This document shows, piece after piece, positions 1 to 8,762 of a stretch of 32,000 nucleotides of DNA. The DNA is from Candidatus Saccharimonadota bacterium (GTDB taxonomy: Bacteria > Patescibacteriota > Saccharimonadia > Saccharimonadales > Saccharimonadaceae). The DNA lies in NCBI GenBank assembly GCA_020160975.1, contig JAIUPJ010000001.1, positions 930,001 to 962,000 of the forward strand, in the 5' to 3' direction. The first letter of the stretch is position 1, and every line of letters starts with the position of its first letter. The notes below the pieces were generated by a model, which was not told the origin of the DNA, ran no database searches, and worked only from the letters and a program-made list of their open reading frames with translations. Position numbers and translations under genes: made by a program.

Positions 1-2559
1 TTTATCAACTGGGGCAAAGACCAAGGTATTATTTTTGGCCCGGGTAGGGGTAGCGCCGCTGGTAGTATCATCGCTTATGCCCTTCATATTACCGACCTGG
101 ATCCATTGCGGTACGACTTGCTGTTTGAGCGATTTTTGAACCCAGATCGTATTTCGATGCCAGATATTGATATTGATATTCAAGACACCCGCCGCGACGA
201 AGTGATCGCCTATTGCGCCGACAAGTACGGTGATGCGCGTGTAGCGAATATCGTCACGTTCGGCAAGATGGCAGCGCGTGCGGCCGTACGCGATGTAGCG
301 CGTGTGCTCCAGGTGCCCTACGCCGAGGCTGATCGGCTCAGCAAGATGATCCCGCCACCAGTTCAAGGCCGGCATATTCCACTTTCGGTCAGCGTCAAGG
401 AAGATCAGGATTTGCGACGCGAGTACGAAGAGAATCCCACCGCCAAAGAGGTGTTTGATTTTGCGATCCGTCTCGAGGGGACGATTCGTAGCCATGGCGT
501 ACACGCGGCTGGTGTGGTGATTGCGCCTGATGACATTGTAAACTACGTTCCGCTCGAGATGGCCCAAAAAGGCGTGGTAGCCACGCAATATCCTATGGGC
601 CCGGTCGAGGAGCTTGGGCTGCTAAAGATGGATTTTCTCGGGCTCTCGAACCTCACAATCATCAAAAATGCGCTGCGTATCATCCGTAAAGTTTACAACG
701 TAGAGATCGATCTGTCGGCTATTCCACTGGATGACACGAAGGCTTACGAGTTATTCCAACGAGGAGACACGACGGGCGTATTCCAGCTTGAATCTGCCGG
801 CATGAAACGGTATTTGCGCGAGCTAAAGCCAAGCACCTTTGACGATATTATCGCCATGGTCGCGCTCTATCGGCCAGGCCCAATGCAATTTATTGATAGC
901 TTTATCAAGCGCAAACACGGCGAAGAAAAGATCACGTACTTGCACCCAGGCATGGAAAATTCGCTCAAAAACACATATGGGATTTTGGTCTACCAAGAGC
1001 AGTTTATGCAGATCAGTAAGGAGTGGTGCGGGTTTACCGGTGGGCAAGCAGACACCCTGCGAAAGGCCGTCGGTAAGAAAAAGATCGATCTCATGCGCAA
1101 AGTAAAAGTTGATTTTGTCAAAGGTGCCGTCGAGCATGGCGGTGCGACCCAAGAAGTAGCCGAGATGTTCTGGGGTCAGCTGGAAGAGTTTGCTAACTAC
1201 TGTTTTAACAAGAGCCACGCGGCGTGCTATGGACTGATTGCTTACTGGACAGCGTATCTCAAAGCGCATTACCCCGACGCATTTATGGCGGCGCTGATGA
1301 CGAGCGATGCCGATGACATTGACCGACTGGCGATTGAGATTACTGAGTGCAAGCATATGGGTCTGTCGGTGCTGTTGCCTGATGTCAATGATTCCTTTGT
1401 CGAATTTGCCGTTGTGCCAGGCAAGCAGCAAGTACGCTTTGGTATGGCAGCGGTCAAAGGGGTAGGAGTGGCGGCGGTCGAGGAAATTATCCGAGCTCGA
1501 GAGCTTGATGGCAAGTTCAAAAGCGTCGAAGATTTTGCAAAACGTGTTAGCACCAGCAAGGTAAACAAAAAAGCCTGGGAAGCGCTGATCAAAGCGGGCG
1601 GATTCGATACGTTGGGCGACCGAAGTGACTTGTTGTTCAACCTCGAAAATATCCTCGGTTTCGCGAGCAAGCTCCAAAAAGAAGCATTGAGCGGCCAGAC
1701 AGACTTGTTTGGTGCGCTCGTGGCCAGTGGCGGCGACGAATTGATGCCGTCGATTGAGCTCAAGTCTGCACCAGCCAAATATACCGACAAAGAACAGTTG
1801 ATGTGGGAGAGGGAACTTATGGGACTCTATATTTCTGCGCATCCGCTTGACAACTTTGAAGCCTTTTTCGAAGAACAAACCATCCCATTGCATAGCGTGG
1901 GCAAAAACATTGATGGTCAAAAAATCACAATTGGTGGCATCGTGACCACAATTCGTACTATCGTCACAAAAAGCGGTAGTAAAATGGCGTTTGTCGGCAT
2001 CGAGGACAAAACAGGCGAATGCGAAATCATTGTTTTTCCGAAATTATACGAGCAATTGGGTGACACGTTAAAGTCGGATGTTGTACTAAAAATCACTGGC
2101 AATGTTAATGCGCGTGACCGCGAAGGAAACATGGTCGATGAGACCAAGCTTATCGCTGACGAAATAAGTATCGTGACTGATCGTGAACTTTCACAGTATG
2201 AAAGTCACGGCCGTAAAATGGTGGCGCCGACGGGGCGCGCAACTGTCACGCGCAAGCGCTACCCAAGCAAGTCCGAGCCAGCCATTGCCAAGACCGTTTC
2301 CATGCCCGCCCCTATGCCCGAACCGGTGGCGTTAATCGCGAAGACGCTTTATGTGCAGGTCGCCAATCCAGACGATCACGCCGCCCTGATCGCTCTGAAA
2401 AAAGCTTGCAATACTTATCCAGGCGAGTCGGATGTAGTGCTGGTGCTTGGCGACAACAAGCAGTCTGCAGTGCGACTGCCATTTCGGGTGGAGACAAGCG
2501 ACGGGCTAGTAGCCCAACTAAGCGAACTGCTTGGTGCGGAAGCAGTTGCGGTTAAGTAG
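1..2559 (+). CDS. dnaE: DNA polymerase III alpha subunit DnaE, C-terminal ~850 aa; the 5' end lies upstream of the window
   Basis: Frame 1 is open from base 1 (FINWGKDQGIIFGPGRGSAAGSIIAYAL...), so the ORF-track start at 106 is internal. DnaE-type blocks appear in the expected order: MPDIDIDI, GVHAAGVVI, KMDFLGL, ALYRPGP, VYQEQ. An OB-fold segment follows (KITIGGIVTTIRTIVTKSGSKMAFVGIEDKTGECEIIVFP), then a C-terminal domain. Stop TAG at 2557-2559. Confidence 0.95.
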   Translation, partial: FINWGKDQGIIFGPGRGSAAGSIIAYALHITDLDPLRYDLLFERFLNPDRISMPDIDIDIQDTRRDEVIAYCADKYGDARVANIVTFGKMAARAAVRDVARVLQVPYAEADRLSKMIPPPVQGRHIPLSVSVKEDQDLRREYEENPTAKEVFDFAIRLEGTIRSHGVHAAGVVIAPDDIVNYVPLEMAQKGVVATQYPMGPVEELGLLKMDFLGLSNLTIIKNALRIIRKVYNVEIDLSAIPLDDTKAYELFQRGDTTGVFQLESAGMKRYLRELKPSTFDDIIAMVALYRPGPMQFIDSFIKRKHGEEKITYLHPGMENSLKNTYGILVYQEQFMQISKEWCGFTGGQADTLRKAVGKKKIDLMRKVKVDFVKGAVEHGGATQEVAEMFWGQLEEFANYCFNKSHAACYGLIAYWTAYLKAHYPDAFMAALMTSDADDIDRLAIEITECKHMGLSVLLPDVNDSFVEFAVVPGKQQVRFGMAAVKGVGVAAVEEIIRARELDGKFKSVEDFAKRVSTSKVNKKAWEALIKAGGFDTLGDRSDLLFNLENILGFASKLQKEALSGQTDLFGALVASGGDELMPSIELKSAPAKYTDKEQLMWERELMGLYISAHPLDNFEAFFEEQTIPLHSVGKNIDGQKITIGGIVTTIRTIVTKSGSKMAFVGIEDKTGECEIIVFPKLYEQLGDTLKSDVVLKITGNVNARDREGNMVDETKLIADEISIVTDRELSQYESHGRKMVAPTGRATVTRKRYPSKSEPAIAKTVSMPAPMPEPVALIAKTLYVQVANPDDHAALIALKKACNTYPGESDVVLVLGDNKQSAVRLPFRVETSDGLVAQLSELLGAEAVAVK

Positions 2560-3055
2560 CCAAGGCGTAAAGCGCGATACCCGTTGCAACCGAAACATTG
2601 AATGATTCTTTTTTGCCTTGCATAGGGATTTCGATAATATCGTCGCATTGAGCGAGGAGCGCTGGCTCGATACCATGGACTTCCTCGCCGAGCAGAAGTG
2701 CGATTTTTTGAGGGCGCGCGTAGTCCTGTAGACTGACTGAATTCACCGCTTGTTCCAACGCAACAATATGAAATTCCGCTAGATCTGGTGCCGCTAGATC
2801 TAGCGTTTCGCGGCGTTCAAAAGGCACGAGCTGCTCGGCACCGAGCGCGGTTTTATGGATTTGTTTTGTGATCTTCTCGGCCTCATGTGGCAGCCGCCCC
2901 TGCACAGGGTCGTTCTCATCAGCAAGGGGTACAGGAGTATACCCGCTCAAGATGATTTTTGACACACCAAATCCTTCGCAGGTACGAAAAATCGACCCCA
3001 CGTTATGGGTACTACGGATGTTGTGGGCGATGACGATGATTTCGGATTTTTTCAT
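2552..3055 (-). CDS. SpoU/TrmH-family RNA 2'-O-methyltransferase (167 aa)
   Basis: Three SPOUT motifs are present: HNVGSIFRTCEGFG, LLLGEEVHGI and IEIPMQGKKESFNVSVATGIALY. ATG at 3055. The stop TAA (2554..2552) lies inside the last codons of dnaE. Confidence 0.85.
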   Translation of the reverse strand: MKKSEIIVIAHNIRSTHNVGSIFRTCEGFGVSKIILSGYTPVPLADENDPVQGRLPHEAEKITKQIHKTALGAEQLVPFERRETLDLAAPDLAEFHIVALEQAVNSVSLQDYARPQKIALLLGEEVHGIEPALLAQCDDIIEIPMQGKKESFNVSVATGIALYALAT

Positions 3056-3062
3056 TACTAAT

Positions 3063-3137
3063 TGTTAACTGAAAACTTATTGTAAACTGAAACATGACAC
3101 CTGTAAACTGTTGAAACCACAAGCAGTTTGCTACACT
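3063..3137 (+). promoter_or_regulatory. Divergent control region: three TGTWAACTG direct repeats plus a -10-like TACACT 7 nt before the pilB ATG
   Basis: TGTTAACTG at 3063-3071, TGTAAACTG at 3081-3089 and TGTAAACTG at 3102-3110 (spacing 18 and 21 bp). Each is followed by a GAAAC-type tail. TTGAAA at 3111-3116 and TACACT at 3132-3137. Confidence 0.4.
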
Positions 3138-3144
3138 AGAGGGA

Positions 3145-4767
3145 ATGAACGAAGACGAAATCCAGCAGCGACGGCGCGAGCAAGATGAGCACTCCACACA
3201 GCAGCGCGCGGCACTTTTAGGGTTGCAGTATCTCGATACCCAGCAGATAGAAGAGAGTCTGCCGCTCGCGATCGGTATCATGACGGTCGAAGAGATGCAT
3301 AAGAACCGGATGGTGCCGCTCGTCAAAGGCGGCGCAGAGGTGGCGTATCAAATCGGCGTCACCACGCAGACCCCACAAACAGTCCTGCAGAAGATGAAGA
3401 TGGACTACACTGAGCGCGGTGAGATAGTGCAGTTCCTACTGATTAGTCTCAGCGGCTACCGAGCCTTTATGAATCGGTTTGACCCCCCCAAGAAAGTGGT
3501 TTACGATGATATCGAGATTGCCAAAGACGGCGACAGCGATACCATCAATCAAGTCAGTCAAACACTCAATACCGTCAGTAGCGAAGAGATTTTTGACTTT
3601 ATTATCAATCAAGCCGACAAGCTCGGCGCCAGCGACATTCACATCGAGAATGAGCGTGAAAGTATCCGGGTGCGTATGCGTGTCGATGGCGCGCTTCACG
3701 CCGTGGCACATCTCGAAAAAGATCGCTACCGCGTCATTATGGGAGAACTGGCTAGTCGCGCAGGTATCAGTAGTGCAGCACGCCAGTCGCAGTCGGGGCA
3801 TATGCAAAAAGAGATCACGAATGGCAGTGCGACTCATCTATTGAACCTTCGTGTCGAAACAGTACCGACTATGTACGGTCAAGACGCCGTGCTTCGTCTG
3901 TTTAACTTTGACGAGTCACTCTTGCAGCTTGATCGACTTTCCATTCCAGATAAACAGCGCGCCCAAATTGATGAAGTGATTAGCCACCCGCGCGGATTAG
4001 TACTGATGGTAGGGCCAACCGGGAGCGGTAAATCAACCACGCTCTACAGTATGCTCAATGCCCTCAACACTCAAGACCGTAAGCTCATTACGCTCGAGGA
4101 TCCGATTGAGTATGGGCTGACGGGCATTTCTCAGATTCCGATCGATACCACCGGTGGTCAGAGCTTTGCTGACGGACTTCGCAGTGTACTGCGACTCGAC
4201 CCTGATGTCGTCATGGTGGGAGAAATCCGCGATACCGACACGGCAAAGACAGCCATTCAGGCGTCTATCACTGGACACCTCGTGCTGTCGAGCTTCCACG
4301 CCAATTCTACGAGCGCAGCCTTTAGTCGTATGATTGACATGATTGGCGTCAACCCGATCTTCTCTAGTGCGGTGCGCCTGGTGATTGCTCAGCGCCTGGT
4401 ACGGCGGTTGGTGGACGACACCAAAGAAGAGTACGAGCCTGATGAAGCAACGCGAAATTACGTGCGCAGGATTCTTGCGAATGTGCCAGAGGGGACTGAT
4501 ATGCCAGACCTCGATCACTTTAAGCTTTGGCGACCAGTGCCGAGTGACGATGCGCCGTTTGGGTATAAGGGGCGTATCGTGATTATGGAGCAGCTGATTG
4601 TTGATGAGGAAATCCAAAAGTTCATCCGTGGTGACGTAGAAGAAGTGCACCCTGATGCGATTGAAAAAGTCGCCAAGAGTCGCGGCATGCTGACACTCGA
4701 GCAAGTTGGCGTACTGGCCGCTCTCAGGGGTGAAACAACTCTCGAAGAAGTCGGACGCGTGGTCTAG
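3145..4767 (+). CDS. pilB: Type IV pilus assembly / type II secretion ATPase (PilB/GspE family), 540 aa
   Basis: Walker A GPTGSGKST, Asp box and Walker B (LITLEDPIEY, DPDVVMVGEIRD), His box SSFHAN. N-terminal T2SSE_N-like region. Confidence 0.9.
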   Translation: MNEDEIQQRRREQDEHSTQQRAALLGLQYLDTQQIEESLPLAIGIMTVEEMHKNRMVPLVKGGAEVAYQIGVTTQTPQTVLQKMKMDYTERGEIVQFLLISLSGYRAFMNRFDPPKKVVYDDIEIAKDGDSDTINQVSQTLNTVSSEEIFDFIINQADKLGASDIHIENERESIRVRMRVDGALHAVAHLEKDRYRVIMGELASRAGISSAARQSQSGHMQKEITNGSATHLLNLRVETVPTMYGQDAVLRLFNFDESLLQLDRLSIPDKQRAQIDEVISHPRGLVLMVGPTGSGKSTTLYSMLNALNTQDRKLITLEDPIEYGLTGISQIPIDTTGGQSFADGLRSVLRLDPDVVMVGEIRDTDTAKTAIQASITGHLVLSSFHANSTSAAFSRMIDMIGVNPIFSSAVRLVIAQRLVRRLVDDTKEEYEPDEATRNYVRRILANVPEGTDMPDLDHFKLWRPVPSDDAPFGYKGRIVIMEQLIVDEEIQKFIRGDVEEVHPDAIEKVAKSRGMLTLEQVGVLAALRGETTLEEVGRVV

Positions 4768-4905
4768 CAATAAAAACCTGAGTCTAAAAAACTTCTCCAA
4801 TGTACCGTACAGCGGCTGCAGCCCCGTTCTCTCTGTAAGAGGTACCTGGCGCACAGCGGTGCTTAGTGGAAGGTTTTGAGATGTAGGTACAAAATACTTG
4901 CGCTT

Positions 4906-4982
4906 TTTGAAACAAAGCGTACAATAGTACTATTCACATTTGAAACAAACATATTGTAATTTAATCAAAAATGTGATATAAT
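4906..4982 (+). promoter_or_regulatory. Promoter with two 11-nt direct repeats upstream of the 4989 ORF
   Basis: TTTGAAACAAA at 4906-4916 and 4939-4949 (33 bp apart). -35-like TTGTAA at 4954-4959, 17-nt spacer, extended -10 TGaTATAAT at 4974-4982. The ATG is 6 nt downstream. Confidence 0.45.
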
Positions 4983-4988
4983 GTAATA

Positions 4989-5735
4989 ATGACTAGAGAA
5001 ACCATCGTTTCTTTAGGCTTTGCAAGCAGTCGCGAGCAAGCCGACTCAGTCGCCACATTACTCGAACAACATAGTGGCCTTCCATTTCGGGGGGTCAATT
5101 TTAGTTCGGCGATAAGCAATCCAGAGGCATTCGGCGAACATATCCATGACCGTGACGTGATTGCACACTCGGCGGGTGAATATGCGGTGAAGCTTGCCAC
5201 TGAATATGGTGCATTGCCGCGTAGTGCGACGTTTATTGCGCCGCCGATTCCTGAACGTGTACGACGTCTCGTCTGGCGTGGCGCCTTGATTGGCTATGAT
5301 GACCCGGCGACACGGTTTGACATGGATGAAAAAATCACCAATTTTTCTGCCAAGACCGAAATCAAACGGCATCCCATCCTCAACTTTGGTGCAATTGCAA
5401 AACTAGGGCATTTCGCGTCGCTCGACTATGCATTAGAGCTGCAAAAAAGCGGTGTACCAGTGACGATCGGGTTTATGGAGCACGACGGGCTATTTAACCT
5501 GTCAACAATCGACCCAGGCGCGATAACAGCCCTGCGTGGTGCTGGCGTGGTGGTCAAGCAGATACGCGGTACGCATACGCGCTTTACTGCCAATCCTGTC
5601 AATACCATGAATGAGATTGCGATGGCGCCCGAGCTCGTCGCACCGATTTCGACGCTTGATCCTTCTTTGAGTTTTCGTGGTACCGTGTTGCCTCATCTCG
5701 GGGCATTTGCTGCGCGATTGAGAAGCGCTGCTTAA
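4989..5735 (+). CDS. Hypothetical protein, alpha/beta-hydrolase-like (248 aa)
   Basis: Clean ORF with a good promoter. Nucleophile-elbow-like AHSAG, then later EHDGLF and GTHTRF could supply Asp and His of a catalytic triad. The family assignment is a guess. Confidence 0.6.
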   Translation: MTRETIVSLGFASSREQADSVATLLEQHSGLPFRGVNFSSAISNPEAFGEHIHDRDVIAHSAGEYAVKLATEYGALPRSATFIAPPIPERVRRLVWRGALIGYDDPATRFDMDEKITNFSAKTEIKRHPILNFGAIAKLGHFASLDYALELQKSGVPVTIGFMEHDGLFNLSTIDPGAITALRGAGVVVKQIRGTHTRFTANPVNTMNEIAMAPELVAPISTLDPSLSFRGTVLPHLGAFAARLRSAA

Positions 5736-6883
5736 CGAATAACCGCGGCGATGGCCGGTACGAGGCGTTCATCGAACACACTGGGTATCACTTCATCGGC
5801 GTTTGGATTTTCGACGAGTGCGGCGATCGTTTCGGCAACTGCGATTTTGTGCAGATCAGTGATCTGCTTGACGCCATTATCGAGTGCGCCACGGAAAATG
5901 CCAGGGAAGGCGATGGCATTGTTGACTTGGTTCGGGAAGTCGCTGCGGCCAGTAGCAACAACAGCCGCGCCGGCGCTTTTTGCTAGGTCGGGCATGATTT
6001 CGGGGGTTGGGTTTGACAGGGCAAATATAATAGGCTGATCAGCCATCTTGCGCACCATGTCCTCTGTCAACAAACCTGGTTTGCTGACACCGATGAAGAT
6101 GTCGGCACCGTCGATGGCATCGTCGAGTGTGCCGCTGCGCGAGCTGTCGACGTACTGAAGGAGGGCTTTTTTCTCATCGTTGAGGTCGGTACGGGAGTCG
6201 CCGACGATACCTTTGCTATCGACGGCGATGATGCTCGTTGCTCCATATTGATGGAGCAATTTCATGATGGCGGTACCGGCGGCACCTGCACCAATCGTGA
6301 CGATTTTGCAGTCGACGAGATTTTTGCCGGTGACTTTCATGGCGTTGATGAGCCCGGCCAGCACTACGATAGCGGTGCCGTGCTGGTCGTCATGAAAGAC
6401 TGGTATGTCGCACTCGGCCTTAAGCCGCTCTTCGATCTCAAAGCACTGCGGTGCTGCGATGTCTTCGAGATTGATAGCCCCAAAGCTTGGAGCGATGGCC
6501 TTGACGGTTGCCACGATTTCATCGGGTGTGTGCACGTCGAGGACGATGGGTACGCTGTCGATGCCCGCAAACTCTTTGAACAGAAAGGCTTTTCCCTCCA
6601 TCACAGGCATGCTGGCTTTTGGCCCAACATTACCGAGACCAAGCACTGCTGTGCCGTCAGAAATGACGGCTACCAGATTGTTTGTCCAGGTATAGATAGG
6701 CAGTAGTGATTCGTCAGCGGCGATTTGACGGCTGACTTCGGCGACACCTGGCGTGTAGTAGGCGCTGAGTTTATCACGGTTGAGTTCTGATTCGTCACGA
6801 AGTTTTGTGGTAATTTTACCCTTATGTTGTTTGTGAAGGTCGAGGGCGAGTTGATTATAGTCCATAAGTCTAGTATAAATCAT
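5732..6883 (-). CDS. NAD(P)-dependent malic enzyme, short bacterial form
   Basis: Malic-enzyme blocks YTPGVAEV, GTAVLGLGNVGPKASMPVMEGKAFLFKEFAGID and FHDDQHGTAIV, plus the Rossmann GAGAAG. The real start is possibly Met7 (ATG 6865), which has TATACT (6877..6872) exactly 6 nt upstream. Confidence 0.92.
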   Translation of the reverse strand: MIYTRLMDYNQLALDLHKQHKGKITTKLRDESELNRDKLSAYYTPGVAEVSRQIAADESLLPIYTWTNNLVAVISDGTAVLGLGNVGPKASMPVMEGKAFLFKEFAGIDSVPIVLDVHTPDEIVATVKAIAPSFGAINLEDIAAPQCFEIEERLKAECDIPVFHDDQHGTAIVVLAGLINAMKVTGKNLVDCKIVTIGAGAAGTAIMKLLHQYGATSIIAVDSKGIVGDSRTDLNDEKKALLQYVDSSRSGTLDDAIDGADIFIGVSKPGLLTEDMVRKMADQPIIFALSNPTPEIMPDLAKSAGAAVVATGRSDFPNQVNNAIAFPGIFRGALDNGVKQITDLHKIAVAETIAALVENPNADEVIPSVFDERLVPAIAAVIR

Positions 6884-7059
6884 TGTGAATATTCAGAAAA
6901 AGTGATGGAATATATATTTCAGATGTAGCAAGATTGGTCTATTCTACCGGTAGTGACGTGAGTTTCCACCTCCCAGCTCTTGCAAGCCTCTCTATAGCCT
7001 AGGTGGGGTGGGCGCGCTGTTTTAGCGGCCTTCCCAGCGACACAGCCTCTGATCTATGC

Positions 7060-7087
7060 AACTCTCTTGAAAAAGGAGAGTTTTTTT
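7060..7087 (+). terminator. Orphan intrinsic-terminator-like hairpin just upstream of the rplS promoter
   Basis: Stem 7060-7067 (AACTCTCT) pairs with 7075-7082 (GGAGAGTT): 8 bp including one G-T, 7-nt loop. A run of seven T follows (7081-7087). No annotated + strand gene lies upstream. Confidence 0.45.
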
Positions 7088-7135
7088 GATATAATCAACA
7101 GTTGATTGTAAATATAAGTAATAAGCGAGTAACAG

Positions 7136-7642
7136 ATGAGTTTTGCATTGATTCAGAAAGTCAACGACGAGCAGAAGAAAAAGCAAGTTGTCGACGTCCG
7201 TAGCGGTGATACCGTAAAGGTCTACCAGAAGATTAAAGAAGGTGCCAAAGAGCGTATTCAGATGTTTGAAGGCGTGGTAATCCGCACCGATAACAAGGGC
7301 CAACATACTAGCCGTATTACCGTGCGCAAAATTGCCAGCGGTGTTGGTGTCGAGAAGAGCTTCTTACTCCACAGCCCACTTGTCGAAAAAGTCGAAGTCG
7401 TGCGCCGTAGTAAGGTTCGCCGCAACTTCCTGAGCTTCCTTCGTCAGCGCAGTGGTAAGTCAGCTCGACTCACGGCCGTGCAGTTTGACCGCGAAGCCAT
7501 CAATGATGTGCATGATGCCAAGGCTGAAGCCGAAGCAGAACGCCTCAAGGAAGAAGCAAAAGCAGCCGAAAAAGCCGCAGCTGAGGCTGAGCTTGAGGCC
7601 AAACAGGCTGAGGTCGAAGCACGTCACGCCGACGCAAAATAA
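7136..7642 (+). CDS. rplS: 50S ribosomal protein L19 with a ~45 aa Ala/Glu/Lys-rich C-terminal tail
   Basis: L19 core: VRSGDTVKVYQKIKEGAKERIQMFEGVVI...ITVRKIASGVGVEKSFLLHSPLVEKVEVVRRSKVRRNFLSFLR. Extended -10 TGaTATAAT at 7087-7095. The palindrome AATCAAC-A-GTTGATT at 7093-7107 overlaps the -10 and the transcription start. Confidence 0.95.
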   Translation: MSFALIQKVNDEQKKKQVVDVRSGDTVKVYQKIKEGAKERIQMFEGVVIRTDNKGQHTSRITVRKIASGVGVEKSFLLHSPLVEKVEVVRRSKVRRNFLSFLRQRSGKSARLTAVQFDREAINDVHDAKAEAEAERLKEEAKAAEKAAAEAELEAKQAEVEARHADAK

Positions 7643-7664
7643 TTTATTGCCAAGAAATGCAAGT

Positions 7665-7699
7665 GCCCCGGCTGCTCCTTATGAGCGGCTGGGGCTTTT
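7665..7699 (+). terminator. Rho-independent terminator of rplS
   Basis: 12-bp stem, 7665-7676 pairing with 7684-7695 (two G-T pairs), 7-nt loop, then TTTT at 7696-7699. Confidence 0.8.
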
Positions 7700-7719
7700 C
7701 GTTGTGCTGGGGAGCGACG

Positions 7720-8136
7720 CTACTGGGCGGTTTGCGGCCGGTAGTTGACCTCGAACGTTAGCAGGTAGCGGGCCACCTTGCGCCCGGTCAACCGACGCCT
7801 CTTGGTATGCGTCATGAGACGCAAGAGCGCATAGTTGGCAATCGCAGGATAAATCATCTCCGCAAGCTCGGCCGCGTCCTCCCATACCAGATTAACCTTC
7901 ATCGACCCACTGTCGTCGCTATATAACTCGTCATGCAGCCAGTTACTAACGCTCGTACTAGTGTATGGCCGGTTGATCTTCATCTTCCGCACGCCGGAGA
8001 TGCTTGGGTACTGGTGCATCAGGTTAAGCATCACCTGCGAGCCATGGGTTGCACTTATCATTTGTGTCGGGCTGGTAGGTACAACGGATTGATATTTTAT
8101 AACAGATATATGAGAAATCACTACTTCCAGGAACAA
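7720..8136 (-). CDS. Hypothetical protein (ORFan-like; start uncertain, ORF-track start is TTG)
   Basis: Only the open frame supports it. I recognise no motif and see no convincing promoter, SD or leaderless signal for any in-frame Met. Confidence 0.35.
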   Translation of the reverse strand: MFLEVVISHISVIKYQSVVPTSPTQMISATHGSQVMLNLMHQYPSISGVRKMKINRPYTSTSVSNWLHDELYSDDSGSMKVNLVWEDAAELAEMIYPAIANYALLRLMTHTKRRRLTGRKVARYLLTFEVNYRPQTAQ

Positions 8137-8189
8137 GTGCGTACGAACATGTTGAATATTTAAAAATTAAATCATAGAATAAACCTATT

Positions 8190-8723
8190 ATGCTTAAGAC
8201 GCACAAGGCATTTACTATCGTCGAACTTCTCATCGTGGTTGTCGTAATCGCCATCCTTGCGGCAATTACAATTATTGGATACAACGGGATTACTACGCGT
8301 GCGGAAAATGCAAAAACGGTAAGTGGTGTCGCTGCAATAATTAAAGGACTCTCTATGTATGCACAACTCAACGGTGTCTACACTACCGATGCGTACGCAT
8401 GCATAGGATCAACGTCTTACGTGTGTGGCAATACAAACAGTGGGCCAGTATGCGTGGCTCAGGGGAGGGTCAATAGCACAGGCTCGCTTGCTTCTGACCT
8501 GAGCAGTACTATCAATAAAATTCCTGATTTAAGCTCACAACAGATCACTTGCTCAACTGGTGCGACGTATCGTGGGGGCTTCGTGTCCACCTCGAATAGC
8601 CGAAAGTCATCAACAGTGGTGTATTTTCTCAAGGGCAGCTCTACTCCCTGTGGCATAATTGGTACGAGTCGTTCTGTAGACGGAGGTCTTGTCGCATGCG
8701 AGTACGCACTGCCAAATCTATAA
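8190..8723 (+). CDS. Type IV pilin / prepilin with N-terminal cleavage-methylation domain (177 aa)
   Basis: Class III signal MLKTHKA|FTIVELLIVVVVIAILAAITIIGYNG with Glu5 (residue -1 is Ala rather than Gly). C-terminal Cys pair (TPCG...VACE) is typical of the pilin D-region. Promoter TTGAAT 8152-8157, 17 nt, TAGAAT 8175-8180. Confidence 0.88.
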   Translation: MLKTHKAFTIVELLIVVVVIAILAAITIIGYNGITTRAENAKTVSGVAAIIKGLSMYAQLNGVYTTDAYACIGSTSYVCGNTNSGPVCVAQGRVNSTGSLASDLSSTINKIPDLSSQQITCSTGATYRGGFVSTSNSRKSSTVVYFLKGSSTPCGIIGTSRSVDGGLVACEYALPNL

Positions 8724-8762
8724 TGATTTTTTGTTTGGCTCTTAGGAGCTTATAATACCTGC

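Noticed and set aside
823-1920. 365-aa antisense ORF inside dnaE, and similar ones inside pilB (4033-4854), rnhB (9117-9638), pepN (11863-12801) and tgt (15688-16821)
   Set aside because: Each lies antisense to a confidently identified conserved gene and has no recognisable motifs or start signals. The pattern recurs across all long genes, which points to codon-composition shadow ORFs rather than overlapping genes.
6925-7060. tRNA or SRP/4.5S RNA in the spacer upstream of rplS
   Set aside because: No T-loop or D-loop consensus and no acceptor stem is present. No GGAAGCAGCC-type SRP helix 8 motif appears on either strand.
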